Shown: positions 1 through 10,043 of the stretch, piece by piece
Numbering within the stretch: position 1 is the first letter of the stretch
Layout of the letters: each line of letters starts with the position of its first letter
Assembly: GCA_039679345.1 (NCBI GenBank)
Contig: JBDKVE010000298.1
Coordinates: 3,221-67,220 of the forward strand
Source: Anaerohalosphaeraceae bacterium
Lineage (GTDB): Bacteria > Planctomycetota > Phycisphaerae > Sedimentisphaerales > Anaerohalosphaeraceae
Direction of reading: 5' to 3'
Length of the DNA: 64,000 nt
Made by a program: the position numbers and the translations under genes
The notes under the pieces: model-generated
Seen by the model: only the letters and a program-made list of their open reading frames with translations
What the model was told of the DNA's origin: nothing
Databases searched by the model: none

Positions 1-900
1 TCCGATGGCGATGCGAGGTTCATACGCCATTGCGACAGCAGTGGCTTTGCCGTAGCGTGAAAGCCCCTCGATGCCAATGCGTTTTGCATCCACATCCTTA
101 TCCGTTTCGAAATAATCGATTGCCCGGCTGGCTCCCCAGGCCCAGGCGCGGAGGCAGCCCCAGTCATCCGGTTTTCGCGGCTGGCCTTTGTTGACCAGGC
201 CAATAATTCCCTCGCGTAATCCGGCGCCGTTGTCGGCCTGAAAACTGACGGGGTTCAGGATGGCATAGCCCCATCCTTCCTTGAGCAATTGCTGTTTCCA
301 GGTCAACGTATTGCTGCCCTGCGGGGGCATACCGAAGCGTCCTGGAAAGTTAAAACCGAATTCCATGATCAGGGGGACGGGCTTGTCGGCCTTTGCAGGC
401 GTGCCGATGGTTAGTTGAATCACCACCTTGAGTGCCGGGTAAGAGGCATTATCGACAGTCCCCTGAAGCTGTTTTATTCTCACCGGGAAATCCCCGTCGG
501 TGGTTTCGTTCACGTCAACCACTTTCCAGGTTACCGGCGGAATCTGTTCCGGGAGCCGGCCATAGATTTCGCGGTCAAACAATTCTATAATTTCGGCCCG
601 TCTTGCCGGCCACTGCTGGGGCTTTGTCACTCTGGTTCCATCGTTAAATACCAATGGATCAGGGAGAAAATAGGGCAGGACATTTGCCTCCTCGGTATTG
701 GCGGCGTCCGGCGCCTGGGGATTTCCGGAGGGTCCACGCCGGATGGATTCAATGCCCAGCTTGTCCATCATCAGTTTGTGGTCTTCATTCGTCAATTTAT
801 TGATGCGTTCTCTGTCCTGCTGGGAGGCCTGGGCAAACACGGGGGAGGTTGTTAAAAGACATAATGAGATCAAAATCGCCGGCTTGATTAGTGTGTTCAT
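1..900 (-). CDS. Secreted alpha/beta-hydrolase, CE15 glucuronoyl-esterase-like (C-terminal part runs off window)
   Basis: My own minus-strand translation from the ATG at 900..898 gives MNTLIKPAILISLCLLTTSPVFAQA (signal peptide). It stays open for 300 codons to nt 1. GIEGLSRYGKATAVAMAY fits the G-x-S-R-x-GK nucleophile motif of CE15 esterases. It is absent from the ORF track because it is open-ended. Plus-strand ORFs 415..855 and 698..940 are its shadows. Confidence 0.75.
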   Translation of the reverse strand, partial: MNTLIKPAILISLCLLTTSPVFAQASQQDRERINKLTNEDHKLMMDKLGIESIRRGPSGNPQAPDAANTEEANVLPYFLPDPLVFNDGTRVTKPQQWPARRAEIIELFDREIYGRLPEQIPPVTWKVVDVNETTDGDFPVRIKQLQGTVDNASYPALKVVIQLTIGTPAKADKPVPLIMEFGFNFPGRFGMPPQGSNTLTWKQQLLKEGWGYAILNPVSFQADNGAGLREGIIGLVNKGQPRKPDDWGCLRAWAWGASRAIDYFETDKDVDAKRIGIEGLSRYGKATAVAMAYEPRIAIG

Positions 901-1236
901 TTTTGTTGGTGCTCCGTATTTTGAAATTATGTTATACTGATCCAGCTTGAAACTTTCCGTTTCAGTGTGGCTAAAAGAGCTTTCAGCCGCCAGCTTCGAG
1001 CAACATCTTTATTACCGAGGCGTGGCGTAGGACAACTTGATCCTATGAATACGTGCGGCATAATCATAGCCGCTGAGTTTTTCCGATTGCCTCTTCAGTT
1101 GCAATTATCCAGAGCTTCCTGTTTGTATGTATCTTAAACAAGTTTTGGTGTCAAAGCAATTCTTGCCAAAGTGTTTTCGTGATAAGTATTCGTGTTGATG
1201 CAGCATAGATTAAGCGGAAGGCGCGGAGGGATACCC

Positions 1237-1272
1237 AAAAAAGCCCCGTCGGGTGGGTGTGCTGGACGGGGC
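1237..1272 (-). terminator. Rho-independent terminator of hisI
   Basis: Stem gccccgtc (1243..1250) pairs with gacggggc (1265..1272). The A-run 1237..1242 reads as a T-run after the hairpin on the minus strand. It lies just downstream of the hisI stop. Confidence 0.7.
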
Positions 1273-1303
1273 TTTGATTGGCGGGGTAAGGGCCAGGCCA
1301 GGA

Positions 1304-1720
1304 TTATTTTTTTCCGTAGGCCTGTTCGGGGTCATAGACTTTCTGGGCGATGGTTTCCATTGCAGTCAGGGAGCCTTTTTTGACGGCCCGGTAGAAGCAG
1401 GACTGGTAGCCGACGTGGCACTGGCCTTCATCGACGAGGACTTTGAGAACCAGACAATCCTGGTCGCAATCCACCAGAACCTGCTGGACTTTCTGGACGT
1501 GGCCGCTCTGTTCGCCTTTGCGCCAGAGTTTCTGGCGCGACCGGCTGAAATAGACGGCGTTGCCGGTACTGAGGGTCAGGTCGAGGGCTTCCTTGTTCAT
1601 ATAGGCCACCATGAGGACTTCTTTGGTTTTGGCGTCCTGGGCGATGGCGGCGATGAGGCCGTTGGCATCGAATTTCGGGGTAAAATCCAGACCTTCTTCA
1701 ATCTGTTTATTGGCTGCCAT
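1304..1720 (-). CDS. hisI: Phosphoribosyl-AMP cyclohydrolase
   Basis: 138 aa. Contains LWRKGEQSGHVQKV..VDCDQDCLVLKV...GQCHVGYQSCFY, the typical HisI metal-binding Cys/Asp pattern. Confidence 0.9.
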   Translation of the reverse strand: MAANKQIEEGLDFTPKFDANGLIAAIAQDAKTKEVLMVAYMNKEALDLTLSTGNAVYFSRSRQKLWRKGEQSGHVQKVQQVLVDCDQDCLVLKVLVDEGQCHVGYQSCFYRAVKKGSLTAMETIAQKVYDPEQAYGKK

Positions 1721-1837
1721 AATTGCACTCCATGAAAATCAATCTTCTATTTTTGAAACCCTGGTTATCGTTTCCAGCCTCAATTGACGATATACAAGGT
1801 AGTGTAATTTCCCGCTGGAAATTCTTGCAGGGGGACT

Positions 1838-2941
1838 TTGTACACGGTATGCTTTGGAAAAACAAGGATTTTTTGGGATAGCTGCGTGACGCAGGACGAT
1901 AAAAATAAAAAAAACAGCCATATCAGTATCATTTTGCGGGGTGGAGTCGCCCTGATTGCCTGCTGTCTGATTGCCCGCGAGTTGAATTTCAAGGAAGTGG
2001 TAGATGTATTTTCCAACATTTCCATGTTGGTTTTGGGGGTTGTGGTTGCGGCGTTTCTGGTCAGCCAGACGATTTTGGCGTTTCGGTGGTGGCTGTTTAT
2101 GCGGAGTTTTGATATCCACATTCCAATATGGCCGGCCGTGAAGCTGACGTTTCTGGGCCTGTATTTTAACAATTTTCTTCTTGGCTCGATTGGTGGGGAT
2201 TTGGTGCGGGCGTGGTACGTCGCCAAGTACACCAACCGGCGGATGGCGGCGGTCGTCAGCGTCTTTGTGGACCGTGTATTAGCCCTGATAGCGACGATTT
2301 TGATGGCGCTGATGGGTTTTTTGTTTGCCGGACAAAAGGGGATGTTTGTCGCCAGCGACAAGAAAAAAGACTATCTGGGTCTTATTTCAGAGTATAAACC
2401 TCTTATTTTGACAATTCTTGCGGTCGGGGTCGTGGTGGTTGGGATACTGGTGGCAGTTCCGGCCGTTCGGAGCCGTCTTAAAGCACTGTATGGAAAGGCG
2501 TTACAGCATGCCAAGAGTGCTTTTGTACATGTGCTGGAAGCGGGGATGGTGTTTGTGAGGAAGCCGCTGGTTGGGCCGGGGGCGCTGCTGCTGACATTTC
2601 TGCTGCAAGGGATAGTGATTTTGTCAATGTGGTTTTTAGGGCTGGAAATGGGCATTCCTACGCCAATGGAGGGGTATTTCGTCTTTTTACCGGTGATGTG
2701 GGTGGTGAGTTCTATCCCCATCAGTGTTGCTGGAATTGGTATTATGGAAGGAGGATTAGTGGTATTGTTTACCCAGTTTGGCGGAGCATCGTTTGAAACA
2801 GCCACAGCACTTGCGATCTGTCAACGGGCGGTATTGATCATAGCGTCCTTGCCGGGGCTGGGGGTTCATTTGTCTGGAAAACACCTTCCCAGAGAGATTG
2901 AGGGGCGATTTTCTATTGACGACCATCAGGAAATAAACTAA
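1838..2941 (+). CDS. Flippase-like/lysylphosphatidylglycerol-synthase-TM-type (UPF0104) integral membrane protein
   Basis: Multi-pass hydrophobic protein. The motif LGLYFNNFLLGSIGGDLVRAWYVAK is characteristic of the UPF0104/LPG_synthase_TM family. The start is uncertain: TTG at 1838, or possibly GTG at 1886. Confidence 0.7.
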   Translation: MYTVCFGKTRIFWDSCVTQDDKNKKNSHISIILRGGVALIACCLIARELNFKEVVDVFSNISMLVLGVVVAAFLVSQTILAFRWWLFMRSFDIHIPIWPAVKLTFLGLYFNNFLLGSIGGDLVRAWYVAKYTNRRMAAVVSVFVDRVLALIATILMALMGFLFAGQKGMFVASDKKKDYLGLISEYKPLILTILAVGVVVVGILVAVPAVRSRLKALYGKALQHAKSAFVHVLEAGMVFVRKPLVGPGALLLTFLLQGIVILSMWFLGLEMGIPTPMEGYFVFLPVMWVVSSIPISVAGIGIMEGGLVVLFTQFGGASFETATALAICQRAVLIIASLPGLGVHLSGKHLPREIEGRFSIDDHQEIN

Positions 2942-3494
2942 AGTGTATAAGGTATAAATACCCGTTATTGATACGATTTAGCGACAATTGTCAGGTCTTT
3001 TTGTGCTGGAAAGGCATCTGCGGATGTCTAGCGATTTGACGTTCGTTGTAAAGCGCTTTTTAACCCATGAAACGTGTCGTAAAGACCGCCAAATGCAAGC
3101 ATTGAGATACTTCATGAGGCATCTGCCGGGGGGCAACAAGGCCAATGTGGCCGGCATTAGTCAGTCTGCTGAGTTGGCTAAACGGGTTTTTTCATCTATT
3201 TCATGGTCGAATGATTTGCTAATCGTTTGGATTGATCAGAAATACTGGCTTAATAATCCAATCCGAGGTATTGTCTGACTCGGATTAGGGCAGGAATATT
3301 TGTGTTTACCGGTCGAATCTATTGAACCCCGGCAGGATATGGGGAATAGAAAATTGACAGGAAAGGAAATAATTGAAAGTAATTAACACCATGGACATGC
3401 GGCCGGCAGCAACGCATGGCGTTGTTTGGGGGCTAAGTCAGACTCAACCAGCCATGGCCGCACCCTGTAGAACTCTTTTAATCAGGAGGTAGTT

Positions 3495-3824
3495 ATGTTA
3501 TTTACGATCAGCGGCAGACACATTGAAATTACAGATGCGATTCGCGCCCACGCCAAAGAAAAAGTAGAGAAACTGCCTCGGTTTTTTAATCAGATTTCTC
3601 ATATTGAAGTCCTTGTGGACGCCAGCCAGGGCGGTTTTCCCGTAGTGGAAATCATTGCCCGGGCGGAGCATTTTGGGGATCTAGTAGCCAAGGAAACCGG
3701 GCCGGATGCCTATACCTGTATTGATATGGCGGTCCACAAACTTGAACGTCAAATAAAGAAGATTAAAGAAAAACAGCGTGATAATAAATTTACCCCGCCA
3801 ACTGAAGCCCCTACCGTTGAGTAG
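3495..3824 (+). CDS. hpf: Ribosome hibernation promoting factor (short HPF/RaiA family)
   Basis: 109 aa, MLFTISGRHIEITDAIRAHAKEKVEKL.. is the classic HPF N-terminus. SD aggagg lies 6 nt upstream. Confidence 0.9.
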   Translation: MLFTISGRHIEITDAIRAHAKEKVEKLPRFFNQISHIEVLVDASQGGFPVVEIIARAEHFGDLVAKETGPDAYTCIDMAVHKLERQIKKIKEKQRDNKFTPPTEAPTVE

Positions 3825-3950
3825 TCGTCGGCTGTTTGCGGTCAAAGAGAATGAATTAGAAGCTTCGAGCTTGACAACGTTGTCATTTTCGTTGCAGGGC
3901 GAGGTAAAACCCTGACAAGCAGAGCTGGTGATTTTGTTTGAGAGGACAAT

Positions 3951-4424
3951 ATGAAACTTTCGGATATTGTATGTTCAGATGCAATTGTGGCTCGTCTTAA
4001 ATCCAAGCAGCGTGATGAGGCGATTCGTGAGCTGGTTGGTGCTCTTGGCAAGACGGGAAAGATTCCGAAAGGTTCAGTGGATGCCCTAGCCAAGCTGGTG
4101 GTTAAACGTGAAAGCGAGGCCAGCACGGGAATCGGCAAAGGCGTTGCGGTCCCTCACGTTAAGAGCACTGATATCAAAGAACCCATCGCCGCCGTGGGAT
4201 GTTCTGCGGAGGGGATCGATTTTGCGTCGCTGGATAAACAACCGGTGTACAGTGTGATTTTACTGATCAGCCCGACGGACAATCCGGATCGGCATTTGCA
4301 GGCGATGGAAACCGTGTTTAAGAATCTGCAGAAAGATGATTTCCGACGGTTTCTGCGTCAGGCGCAGACATCCAAGGAAATTGTGGAAATTATCGCGGAT
4401 GCCGACGGCAACGGAATGGAATAA
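3951..4424 (+). CDS. ptsN: PTS EIIA(Ntr)-type regulatory protein
   Basis: 157 aa. STGIGKGVAVPHVK holds the phosphorylatable His. The fold pattern and the position next to hpf match PtsN. Confidence 0.85.
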   Translation: MKLSDIVCSDAIVARLKSKQRDEAIRELVGALGKTGKIPKGSVDALAKLVVKRESEASTGIGKGVAVPHVKSTDIKEPIAAVGCSAEGIDFASLDKQPVYSVILLISPTDNPDRHLQAMETVFKNLQKDDFRRFLRQAQTSKEIVEIIADADGNGME

Positions 4425-4481
4425 ACAAGTTACTGGGCTGGAAGCGATGGTGTCCGGTCGTGTTTAAAGGTAAAATCTCCG

Positions 4482-4796
4482 GTGAGCGAAGCGGTTCATG
4501 AGATAGAAGTGGAAATCAGAAATGCCGAAGGTATGCACATGCGGCCTGCGATGCAATTTGTGGATTTGGCGGGAAGCTTCAAATCCGACATTTCGGTCAG
4601 TAATGAGATGACGACGGCTGACGCGAAAAGCATCATGCAGATGACCATGCTGGCGGCAACCTGCGGTTCGAAGCTGCGTGTTCGTGCCAAAGGGCGTGAC
4701 GCCAAGGACGCACTGAACGCGATTCGTGAGCTGGTCGAGGAAAAATTGTTTGGAGAACCTCCGGGCGAGAAAACCGCCAGCGTGCAAAAGGGATAA
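4482..4796 (+). CDS. ptsH: HPr/NPr phosphocarrier protein
   Basis: 104 aa. NAEGMHMRPA is the His-15 motif and DAKSIMQM is the Ser-46-like motif. GTG start. Confidence 0.85.
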   Translation: MSEAVHEIEVEIRNAEGMHMRPAMQFVDLAGSFKSDISVSNEMTTADAKSIMQMTMLAATCGSKLRVRAKGRDAKDALNAIRELVEEKLFGEPPGEKTASVQKG

Positions 4797-4805
4797 AAAC
4801 AGGAT

Positions 4806-6542
4806 ATGGAAATCAGGAAGGGAATCGGAGTGTCACCGGGCATCGCGATAGCGCGATGTATGGTCATTGACTCGAAAGACTACCGGATTCCCCGCCGCAG
4901 TATTCTGGATTCCCAGCGGGTCAAGGAAATTCTTCGTGTCCGCCGGGCGTTTGCTTTTGCCATCAAAGATTTAACCGAGTTGAGTACCCGCAAGGATTTC
5001 GAGGAAGGCAAGATCAAGGATATCTTTGCCGTCCACATGCGGTTTTTACGCGACAAGTCATTTCGCAAGCGCATTACCGATTTTATTGACAAGGAACGGG
5101 TGACCGCCGAGTACGCGGTATCCACGATTCTTCGGGAGATTGCATCCCACTTTGAAGGGGTTGATGATCCTTATATCAGTGAACGCGCGGCCGATATTTA
5201 CGATATCGAAAAACGTCTGCTGGTGCGTCTGCTGGGCAAGGTCAAGGAAGAGGTGGAACATCTGCGGGAGGAAGTGGTTATTGTAGCGCACGACCTGACG
5301 CCGACACAGACGGCCAGTTTCAACCGGACGTTTGTCAAGGGATTTGCGACGGAAGCAGGCGGGCGGACCAGTCATACGGCGATTATTTCCAAGACGATGG
5401 GGATTCCGGCGGTGGTGGCGCTGGGGGATATGACCTCGGGGATTAATTCGGAAAGCCTTGTGATTATAGACGGCAACCGCGGCGTGGTGGTGGTTGATCC
5501 GGATGAAGAAACGCTCAAACAGTACCGTCATTACGCCCAGCAGGTCAGCCTGTTTGTGCATCAGCTTGACGAGTTGCGGGATAAACCGGCCGTGACGCGG
5601 GACGGGGTGAAGATTCAACTGCTGGGCAATATCGAATTTCCGGAAGAGTCGGCGGTGGTTCGGGATAAAGGCGGCGAGGGGATTGGCCTGTACCGGACGG
5701 AGTTTCTGTATTTATACGGCGGGGTGGAACCCACGGAAGAAGATCACTATCAGGCCTACGCGCAGGCGGTGAAGGTTTTTCCGCACGAACCGGTGGTGAT
5801 TCGCACGATGGACCTCGGTGCCGACAAGCTGCCGCAGACGATTCGTCAGATACCGGAGGCCAACCCGGTTCTGGGGCTGCGTTCCATCCGTTATTGCCTG
5901 CAGAACCTGGGATTATTCAAGACGCAGCTTCGCGCGATTCTACGGGCGTCGGTGCTGGGCGATGTACGGGTGATGTTTCCGCTGATTACCAATCTCCAGG
6001 AATTGCGCCAGGCGAAGATGATTCTTCGGGATGTGATGGAAGACCTTGACGAGTACGCGGCGCCTTATAATGCGAAGATGCCGGTGGGGATTATGATTGA
6101 GACGCCCAGTTCGGCGCTGACGTCGAATCACCTTGCGGCGGAAAGCGATTTCTTCAGTATCGGGACCAACGACCTGATTCAATATACGCTGGCGGTGGAC
6201 CGCGGCAATGAACATGTATCGACGCTGTTTTCGGCGGCAGAGCCTGCGATTGTGCGTATTCTGCGCAGTGTGATTCACGATGCGGGCAAGGCGGGCATCG
6301 GGCTGAGCATCTGCGGCGAGGTGGCGTCGGATCCGGAATATATCATGCTGCTGCTGGGGATGGGCGTGCGGACGCTGTCGCTGGCTCCGCCGATGATTCC
6401 GGAGATCAAGAAAGTCATTCGTTCAGTCAACATGGATGACTGTAATATGCTGGCCCGTCGTGTTGCGACGCTGGATTCCCAGCGGCAGATCAAGAATCTG
6501 CTGCGGGATGCCGCCTGTCAGATATTGCCGGACCAGTTTTAG
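4806..6542 (+). CDS. ptsI: Phosphoenolpyruvate-protein phosphotransferase (Enzyme I)
   Basis: 578 aa. GGRTSHTAIISKTMGIPAV is the active-site His region. The C-terminal PEP-utilising TIM barrel is marked by GLYRTEFLY and FFSIGTNDLIQYT. There is no N-terminal GAF domain. Confidence 0.95.
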   Translation: MEIRKGIGVSPGIAIARCMVIDSKDYRIPRRSILDSQRVKEILRVRRAFAFAIKDLTELSTRKDFEEGKIKDIFAVHMRFLRDKSFRKRITDFIDKERVTAEYAVSTILREIASHFEGVDDPYISERAADIYDIEKRLLVRLLGKVKEEVEHLREEVVIVAHDLTPTQTASFNRTFVKGFATEAGGRTSHTAIISKTMGIPAVVALGDMTSGINSESLVIIDGNRGVVVVDPDEETLKQYRHYAQQVSLFVHQLDELRDKPAVTRDGVKIQLLGNIEFPEESAVVRDKGGEGIGLYRTEFLYLYGGVEPTEEDHYQAYAQAVKVFPHEPVVIRTMDLGADKLPQTIRQIPEANPVLGLRSIRYCLQNLGLFKTQLRAILRASVLGDVRVMFPLITNLQELRQAKMILRDVMEDLDEYAAPYNAKMPVGIMIETPSSALTSNHLAAESDFFSIGTNDLIQYTLAVDRGNEHVSTLFSAAEPAIVRILRSVIHDAGKAGIGLSICGEVASDPEYIMLLLGMGVRTLSLAPPMIPEIKKVIRSVNMDDCNMLARRVATLDSQRQIKNLLRDAACQILPDQF

Positions 6543-6718
6543 GCAGTCCGATATCGGATTTGTCTGCGGCCCCGGTGCGGCCGATCAGATATCCGGACGG
6601 ACGACCGTTGAGAATAACGGGAGCCTTCCGGCTGGAAAACCGGGAGAGGATAACAAAATTCGGAAAGCTGGAGTATTGCCGCCGGGAGGCCGGACGGCGG
6701 TACTTCAGAAAAGGACAC

Positions 6719-7471
6719 ATGCAGCCGATTAAAACACTGTTACTTTATTTTTCAATAACAGGGGGGCCGAGCTATTTGTCGCAGCAGGAAACGCTGACGA
6801 TGTGGGGTCGGGCTCTGCTGCGAGCCGGGATTGAGCCGGCCTATTCCCTCGGATTTAATCCGCATCCCAGAATTTCTTTGCCGCTGCCGCGTTCGGTGGG
6901 TGTTGATGGCGACCAGGAACTGCTGACGGTTCAGACGGAGACCTTTGCCGGGACGGCCGAGGAGCTTCAGCGCTGCATCAACAGTCAGCTTCCGGAAGGC
7001 TGTGTCGTATTCGGCACGGAGATTCTGGAGGGCAAGGCACGTCGCTATCCGGGCAGCATTCTGTATCGCATTCACCCTGACACGTCCTGCTGGTCGTCCG
7101 CACTGGAATCGCGACTGGAGGCCTGCCGCACCCAAATCGAGACATCCAGCCGGGTAGAGATGGTGCGTCAGCGGCCCGGGGAGCGGGTGGGGCGAACGGT
7201 GGATATCGGGGGGTATCTGCAGGCGATATGCTGGGGTGACGGGGAGCTTTCGATACGCTGCCGGTTCAGCGGTCAGGGAACGGTACGAGTGGATGAATTG
7301 CTGGAGTGGGTGGGTCTGCGTCGTGAAGATTTGCCCCGGCCGATTCTGCGGACGGGGATTGAATGGCTGACAGCGAGCTGGCCGGGAGAGTCGGCCGGGC
7401 CGGAGGCGTCCGATGAGGATGCCGCGGCGCCGGAGACGGCTATGGATGGACAGGATGAGAGTAGAAACTAG
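6719..7471 (+). CDS. DUF2344 (TIGR03936) family protein, commonly linked to RNase E/G
   Basis: The homologous part begins at MQPIKTLLLYFSITGGPSYLSQQETLTMWGRALLRAGIEPAYSLGFNPHPRISL. The ORF-track start at 6560 adds an Arg/Pro-rich extension that overlaps the ptsI tail region and is probably not translated. Confidence 0.75.
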   Translation: MQPIKTLLLYFSITGGPSYLSQQETLTMWGRALLRAGIEPAYSLGFNPHPRISLPLPRSVGVDGDQELLTVQTETFAGTAEELQRCINSQLPEGCVVFGTEILEGKARRYPGSILYRIHPDTSCWSSALESRLEACRTQIETSSRVEMVRQRPGERVGRTVDIGGYLQAICWGDGELSIRCRFSGQGTVRVDELLEWVGLRREDLPRPILRTGIEWLTASWPGESAGPEASDEDAAAPETAMDGQDESRN

Positions 7472-7489
7472 TCAAAGACAGGGAGAACG

Positions 7490-9013
7490 ATGAATATTGA
7501 AATGCTAATTAATGTCAGCGAGGGCGAAGAGTCCCGCGTGGCGGTGGTTTGTGATAATGTGTTGGAAGAACTTCACATTGAACGGGCCGGAACGACCAGC
7601 CTTGTAGGCAATATCTACAAGGCCAAGGTGATGAATATCGAGCCGGCGATTCAGGCGGCGTTTATTGATTTTGGTGTGGTGAAGAACGGGTTTCTGCACC
7701 TCAGTGATCTGCACCCGCGGTATTATATAGGTCAGAAGGAGACGGAAGAACATATCGGGCGCCGCAAGAGTGTCACTCAGCGTCCGCTGATTCAGCGATG
7801 TCTGAAACGGGGACAGGATCTGATTGTGCAGGTCATCAAGGAAGGCATCAATACCAAGGGGCCGACGCTGACGACGTATCTGTCGCTGCCGGGCAAATAC
7901 ATGGTCCTGATGCCGTGGATGAATAATATCGGCGTGTCGCAGAAGATTGAAGACGAGGCGGAACGCAAACGGCTGCGCGAGGCGGCCAACGGATTAAAGC
8001 TGCCGGCCAATGCGGGGGTTATTATTCGTACCGCGGCGCTGACGGCGACCAAGCGGGACTTGCAGAATGATTTATCCTACCTGAGTCGGCTGTGGGGGGC
8101 GATTACCAAACGGATGGAAAAGGAAAAAGCCCCTGCGGAGATGTACCGGGAATCCGACCTGGTGCTGCGGACGGTACGCGATATCTTTGATACGCGGATA
8201 TCCAAGATTGTCTGTGATAATGATAATATTGCCAAGCAAATCCGGGACTTTGTGTCGATTGTTCAGCCGAAGCTGAAAAGCCGAGTGTCGTTTTATGATC
8301 AGAAAACGCCGCTGTTTCACAAGTATAATATTGAAAAAGAGATTGAAAATATTCAATCGAGCCGGGTGGAATTAAAATGCGGCGGGTCGCTGGTGATTGA
8401 ACAGACCGAAGCGATGGTGTCCATTGACGTTAACAGCGGCAAATACCGCAAGCCCGACAACGCTGAGCAGACGGCACTGAAGATTAACCAGGAAGCTGCC
8501 AAGGAGATTGTGCGGCAACTGAAGCTGCGGGATATGGGCGGGCTGATTGTCTGCGACTTTATCGATATGCGGGAAAATAAAAACAAGCAGGCGGTGGAGA
8601 GGATATTTCGGGATGAGTTGAAGACCGACCGGGCGCGGACGCGGGCGCTGAAGATGAGTGCTTTTGGCCTGATTGAACTGACGCGGCAGCGGCTGAGGCC
8701 GTCGCTGCAATCGAGTACGACGTATCGCTGTCCGCATTGCCGGGGCACGGGGTCGGTCAAGAGTCCGGCGGCTCAGTCCACCGAAATTCTGCGGTCGGTG
8801 CGCATGGCGCTGAGTCGTGAGGAAATCAAACGGGTCGAGGCGACGGTGGCTATGCCGGTGGCCGAATACCTGCTCAATCAGCGGCGCAGCAATCTGATGG
8901 ATATGGAAAAGGAATCGGGTGTGCAGATTGTGATTAAATCCGATTTTTCAGCGGGATCACAGAGTCTGCAGATGGTTTGTTATGATGAACGGGGCAGTGT
9001 CGTCAAGGTGTAA
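7490..9013 (+). CDS. rng: Ribonuclease G/E family endoribonuclease
   Basis: 507 aa. N-terminal S1 domain (VGNIYKAKVMNIEPAIQAAFIDFG), catalytic core (GGSLVIEQTEAMVSIDVNSG) and Zn-link CPHCRGTG. Confidence 0.92.
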   Translation: MNIEMLINVSEGEESRVAVVCDNVLEELHIERAGTTSLVGNIYKAKVMNIEPAIQAAFIDFGVVKNGFLHLSDLHPRYYIGQKETEEHIGRRKSVTQRPLIQRCLKRGQDLIVQVIKEGINTKGPTLTTYLSLPGKYMVLMPWMNNIGVSQKIEDEAERKRLREAANGLKLPANAGVIIRTAALTATKRDLQNDLSYLSRLWGAITKRMEKEKAPAEMYRESDLVLRTVRDIFDTRISKIVCDNDNIAKQIRDFVSIVQPKLKSRVSFYDQKTPLFHKYNIEKEIENIQSSRVELKCGGSLVIEQTEAMVSIDVNSGKYRKPDNAEQTALKINQEAAKEIVRQLKLRDMGGLIVCDFIDMRENKNKQAVERIFRDELKTDRARTRALKMSAFGLIELTRQRLRPSLQSSTTYRCPHCRGTGSVKSPAAQSTEILRSVRMALSREEIKRVEATVAMPVAEYLLNQRRSNLMDMEKESGVQIVIKSDFSAGSQSLQMVCYDERGSVVKV

Positions 9014-9047
9014 GACGGCTCTCCGGAGAGAATGATAAGGGATTGTA

Positions 9048-10025
9048 ATGTTTGATTTAGAATATGCAAAGATGGTGTTGCGGGCGGAGGCGGCGGGGGT
9101 GGCTTCGCTGGAGCAGATTGTCGAACAGCCCGCGTTTGAGAAGGCTTGCCGGATGATCCTGGATTGCACGGGGTCGGTGATTGTGACCGGCGTGGGCAAG
9201 GCGGGGATCATCGGCAATAAAATCAGCGGGACCCTGGCCTCGACGGGAACGCCGAGCCATTTTCTGCACCCGACGGAAGCGGTGCATGGCGACCTGGGAC
9301 GGGTTCAGCGAAATGATATTGTGCTGGGACTGAGCCACAGCGGCAGCAGCGATGAGATTCTGCGATTGATTGAGCCGCTCAAACAGCGGGAAATACGCCT
9401 GCTGTCGATTGTCGGTGACAGTCAGAGCCGGCTGGCCAAACACAGTGATGTGGCATTATGCATGGGCAAGCTGACGGAGGCCTGTCCGCTGGGGCTGGCA
9501 CCGAGTGTTTCGACGACCTGTATGCTGGCGCTGGGGGATTCGCTGGCGCTGACGGTGATGAAGGCCCGGCAGTTCAGCACCGAAGAATATGCCCGGTTCC
9601 ATCCGGCCGGGGCCCTGGGGGCCAAACTGATTACAGTCGGCCAGACGATGTGGTTCAAGCCCGGTGAAACACTGCCGCTGGTCAAAGGCGGGCAGACGGT
9701 CCAGCAGATGCTGGATATCACCAGCCAGCAGAAACGACATGGGGCCGTGATGGTTATCAATGGCAATGGACAACTGGCTGGGATTGTCACCGACGGCGAT
9801 TTGCGGCGGGCGATGACGCGATTCGGCCGGGATGTATTCGGCAAACGTGCGGAAGAGATTATGACGGCCGGCTGCAAGCGGGTGCGGGAAGATACGCTGG
9901 CGGCGGAGGCGATGGCGATATTTCACCGGTACCGGATTGATGAACTGCCGGTGGTGGACGGTGACGATCGGCCGATTGGGTTGATTGACGTTCAGGATAT
10001 TGTTGCGATTAAAATTGTGGGATAG
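9048..10025 (+). CDS. kdsD: Arabinose-5-phosphate isomerase (SIS + tandem CBS)
   Basis: 325 aa. SIS motif VTGVGKAGIIGNKISGTLASTGTPS, plus a C-terminal CBS pair. Confidence 0.92.
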   Translation: MFDLEYAKMVLRAEAAGVASLEQIVEQPAFEKACRMILDCTGSVIVTGVGKAGIIGNKISGTLASTGTPSHFLHPTEAVHGDLGRVQRNDIVLGLSHSGSSDEILRLIEPLKQREIRLLSIVGDSQSRLAKHSDVALCMGKLTEACPLGLAPSVSTTCMLALGDSLALTVMKARQFSTEEYARFHPAGALGAKLITVGQTMWFKPGETLPLVKGGQTVQQMLDITSQQKRHGAVMVINGNGQLAGIVTDGDLRRAMTRFGRDVFGKRAEEIMTAGCKRVREDTLAAEAMAIFHRYRIDELPVVDGDDRPIGLIDVQDIVAIKIVG

Positions 10026-10043
10026 ATTCTCAGCGAGTGCGTT

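Noticed and set aside
415-940. Plus-strand ORFs 415..855 and 698..940 from the track.
   Set aside because: They overlap the open-ended minus-strand CE15-like gene (signal peptide plus GLSRYGK motif), which explains the region better.
2988-3278. 96-aa ORF in the 550-nt gap before hpf.
   Set aside because: It has a non-ATG start, no SD and no recognisable motif. It could be a real small gene, but I cannot support it from sequence alone.
6560-6718. N-terminal extension of the DUF2344 ORF, and similar upstream extensions at 25577, 32581, 34641, 36734, 37932, 44213, 52181, 55938 and 58793.
   Set aside because: Downstream ATGs have better SD spacing and coincide with the start of homology or of the signal peptide. 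The upstream parts are treated as untranslated.
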